Source: an uncultured beta proteobacterium | Lineage (GTDB): Bacteria > Pseudomonadota > Gammaproteobacteria > Burkholderiales > Gallionellaceae | NCBI GenBank assembly: GCA_963719855.1 | Contig: CAVRDK010000004.1 | Span: forward strand, 938,776 to 1,002,775 | DNA length: 64,000 bases | Direction of reading: 5' to 3' | Shown: positions 57,274 through 64,000 of the stretch, in pieces | Position numbering within the stretch: the first letter of the stretch is position 1 | Layout: the number at the start of each line of letters is the position of its first letter | Translations under genes and position numbers: made by a program | Notes under the pieces: model-generated | Seen by the model: only the letters and a program-made list of their open reading frames with translations | What the model was told of the DNA's origin: nothing | Databases searched by the model: none

Positions 57274-57311
57274 GTTGGGCTTTGCCCGATAACCATGTCC
57301 GGCGTGCAGCA

Positions 57312-57396
57312 CCTATCCCCTACCCCTGCATGGGGGAAGGGACAATCGGCTCTAATGGATTTTTTGGGATAAAGGTTACGGGGAGGGGATATGGGG
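57312..57396. repeat. G/C-rich palindromic repeat (CTATCCCCTACCCCTGCATGGGGGAAGGG ... GGGGAGGGGATATGGGG)
   Basis: Same family as 847-901 and 12541-12647. Confidence 0.5.
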
Positions 57397-57397
57397 T

Positions 57398-58252
57398 TTA
57401 GAGATTCGCGGACGCTTCACCGTTGGGGCGCATCGTTTCGGTCACATCCTTGCCGATCCCGCGATAGCCGATAAAGCGGCCGGAGGGGTCGAACATCGGT
57501 TCTCCGCTTACCATTAAATATTGCAGCAAGCCGTCTGGATTGGTTCGGCTGTAGACAAAATCCAGGAATGGCCGCCTGGCGGCCAGGTGAGCTTCAAGGA
57601 TTTCTCGCTCGGCCTCATTCCAGAGCGCTCCCTGGTCATCCTTTGTATAGCCCAAGGCATCGTCGATCCGGACCCCGAGCATTTCAAGCACCGGACCAAA
57701 AATTTTGGTGAAATGTCCGTTTTCGTCCTGTTCCCAATACCAGTCGGACGACAGCTCGGTTAGACGGCGAAAACGCGCTTCGCTTGCACGAAGTTCGGCG
57801 GTGCGTTCCAGCACCGTTTGTTCCAGCAACTTGTTGTAATTTTCGAGTTTTCTGTACAACAGCCGCACTTCCAGCATGTTATGGATACGTGTCTGTACTT
57901 CGACCACATCAAACGGTTTGGCTACAAAATCCTTTGCGCCTGCGGCGAGCGCACGCAGCTTGTGATCCGGTTGAGCCGTAATCACGAGTACGGGAAGGTA
58001 GCCATCCGTTTCAATTTTCTTCAGTTCTTCCATCACCTTGAAGCCATCCATGCCGGGCATCTGCAAATCGAGCAGGATCAGGTCGTAGCTGTTTTTTTGG
58101 TGAAGCGTGCAAACTTCATAGGGATCATTTGTCGACGCTATGCGCGCATAGCCGACATCACGCAGCATTTCCTCAAGCAGAAGCACATTGGCTTGTTGAT
58201 CGTCAACGATCAGAATGCTGGCGTTAAGAATTTCTTGTTTGCTTATCATCAT
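57398..58252 (-). CDS. response regulator, REC + PAS, no recognisable output domain
   Basis: The REC domain is nearly identical to that of the upstream paralog (ILIVDDQQANVLLLEEMLRD, LLDLQMPGMDGF). It is followed by a coiled coil and PAS (EARFRRLTELSSDWYWEQD). The start is at one of the two adjacent ATGs (58252 or 58249). Confidence 0.75.
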   Translation of the reverse strand: MMISKQEILNASILIVDDQQANVLLLEEMLRDVGYARIASTNDPYEVCTLHQKNSYDLILLDLQMPGMDGFKVMEELKKIETDGYLPVLVITAQPDHKLRALAAGAKDFVAKPFDVVEVQTRIHNMLEVRLLYRKLENYNKLLEQTVLERTAELRASEARFRRLTELSSDWYWEQDENGHFTKIFGPVLEMLGVRIDDALGYTKDDQGALWNEAEREILEAHLAARRPFLDFVYSRTNPDGLLQYLMVSGEPMFDPSGRFIGYRGIGKDVTETMRPNGEASANL

Positions 58253-58288
58253 AATTTGTCCAGTTTCGTTTATGAGCACTTCTAAAGT

Positions 58289-59345
58289 CTATGCCGAGTA
58301 TGCCTCGAAGATACTGCAAAAGGTTTGGTGGTTTTTCTGGAAGGCCGCAAAAATAACCGGGTCGAAATGCTCCGGCTGAGTGCGGCCATCGCCGTGCGTA
58401 ATGATATCCATCGCCTTCAGATGGTCGAGTACGGGCTTGTAGGGCCGCTTGCTGCGGAGGGCATCGTAGATGTCGCAGATATTCATAATACGCGCCGACA
58501 GAGGAATTTCTTCACCCCGCTTGCCATTCGGATACCCGCTGCCGTCCCAGCGCTCGTGGTGATTGAGTGCGATCTCGGCGCCCATCTTGAGGTAGGGTGA
58601 CTTGTTGTTGCCGAGGATCTTTGCGCCCATAGCGGCGTGCCCCTTCATGATTTCCCACTCATCCGGCGTGAAACCGCTCGGCTTGAGCAGGACATGATCG
58701 TGGATGCCTATCTTGCCTATATCATGCATGGGGCTTGCGAAAAATATCCGTTCGACGAATTCTTCATCCATGCCGAGGATTCTGGCAAGCTCGCGGCTGT
58801 AATAGCTGATGCGTTGCACGTGGGCGCCGGTGTCTGCATCTTTGTGTTCCGCCGCGCGCGTCAAGGTAAAAATGGTTTCCAGATAACTTTCCTGAAGATC
58901 GGCGGTTCTTTCGCGCACTCGTTGTTCCAGCTCATCGTTGTAATTGTGCAATTTCTTGTGCAACAGCCGCACTTCCAGCATGTTATGGATGCGCGTCCGC
59001 ACTTCGACCAGATCAAACGGTTTACTGACAAAATCCTTCGCGCCGGCTGCCAATGCACGCAGCTTGTGGCCCGGCTGGGCAGTGATTACGAGTACCGGAA
59101 GGTAGTCATCCGTTTCGATTTCCTTCAGACTTTCCATCACCTGGAAGCCATCCATGCCGGGCATCTGCAGATCGAGCAGGATCATATCGTAGCGGTTAGT
59201 GCGATGCAGCTCGCAGACTGCATAGGGATCAATCGTCGATGCAATGCCAACATAGCCGATATCACGCAACATTTCCTCAAGCAGAAGCACATTGGCTTGC
59301 TGATCGTCAACGATCAGAATGCTGGCATCAAGAATTTCCTGTTCG

Positions 59346-59353
<8 letters not shown>
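58289..59353 (-). CDS. response regulator with HD-GYP domain (RpfG-like c-di-GMP phosphodiesterase)
   Basis: 354 aa with REC plus HD-GYP (SPMHDIGKIGI ... LNHHERWDGSGYP). There is a good RBS (GAGGAAA). The start overlaps the end of the kinase gene. Confidence 0.9.

Positions 59354-64000
<4,647 letters not shown>

Overview
This 64-kb window looks like a chromosomal segment of a moderate-GC proteobacterium. Gene order suggests a betaproteobacterium (bamD-rluD-pgeF, miaB-phoH-ybeY-corC, cyaY-lptM-lysA, aceE-aceF), but that is inference from synteny only.

Most of the window is housekeeping: ald, glpD-like, htpX, mlaA, bamD, rluD, pgeF, ispB, ychF, miaB, ybeZ, ybeY, corC, cyaY, lysA, ilvA, aceEF, addBA-type nuclease/helicase, rdgB, hemW and tRNA-Pro(CGG).

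Four things stand out:
1. A complete non-flagellar Che-like cluster (2866-12444) contains a response regulator with REC-PAS-GAF-HD-GYP domains. The pathway output is therefore predicted to be c-di-GMP hydrolysis.
2. A second c-di-GMP signalling block (57398-64000) holds a giant multi-PAS hybrid kinase, a REC-HD-GYP regulator and a REC-PAS regulator. The kinase contains five near-identical 426-bp PAS modules.
3. A small accessory islet between ilvA and the folate/PDH genes holds DUF433, a class-II Fic gene and an MmeI-type type IIL restriction-modification (RM) enzyme.
4. The window carries an unusually dense, nested population of small repeats (GTAG-headed REPs, G/C-rich palindromes, two MITE-like elements). 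Above all there is a codon-phased hairpin repeat family. Its units are all 3n long and show compensatory stem changes. It sits in intergenic DNA, inside other repeats, and in frame inside cheA and aceF.

Other repeat families are inserted in frame in the MmeI-like gene, addB and addA.

Five non-essential genes carry frameshifts: hemerythrin-like, marR, a hypothetical membrane protein, fic and the giant kinase. Several are in homopolymers, so they could be sequencing artefacts, but no housekeeping gene is hit.

No CRISPR array, rRNA, prophage or integrase was seen.
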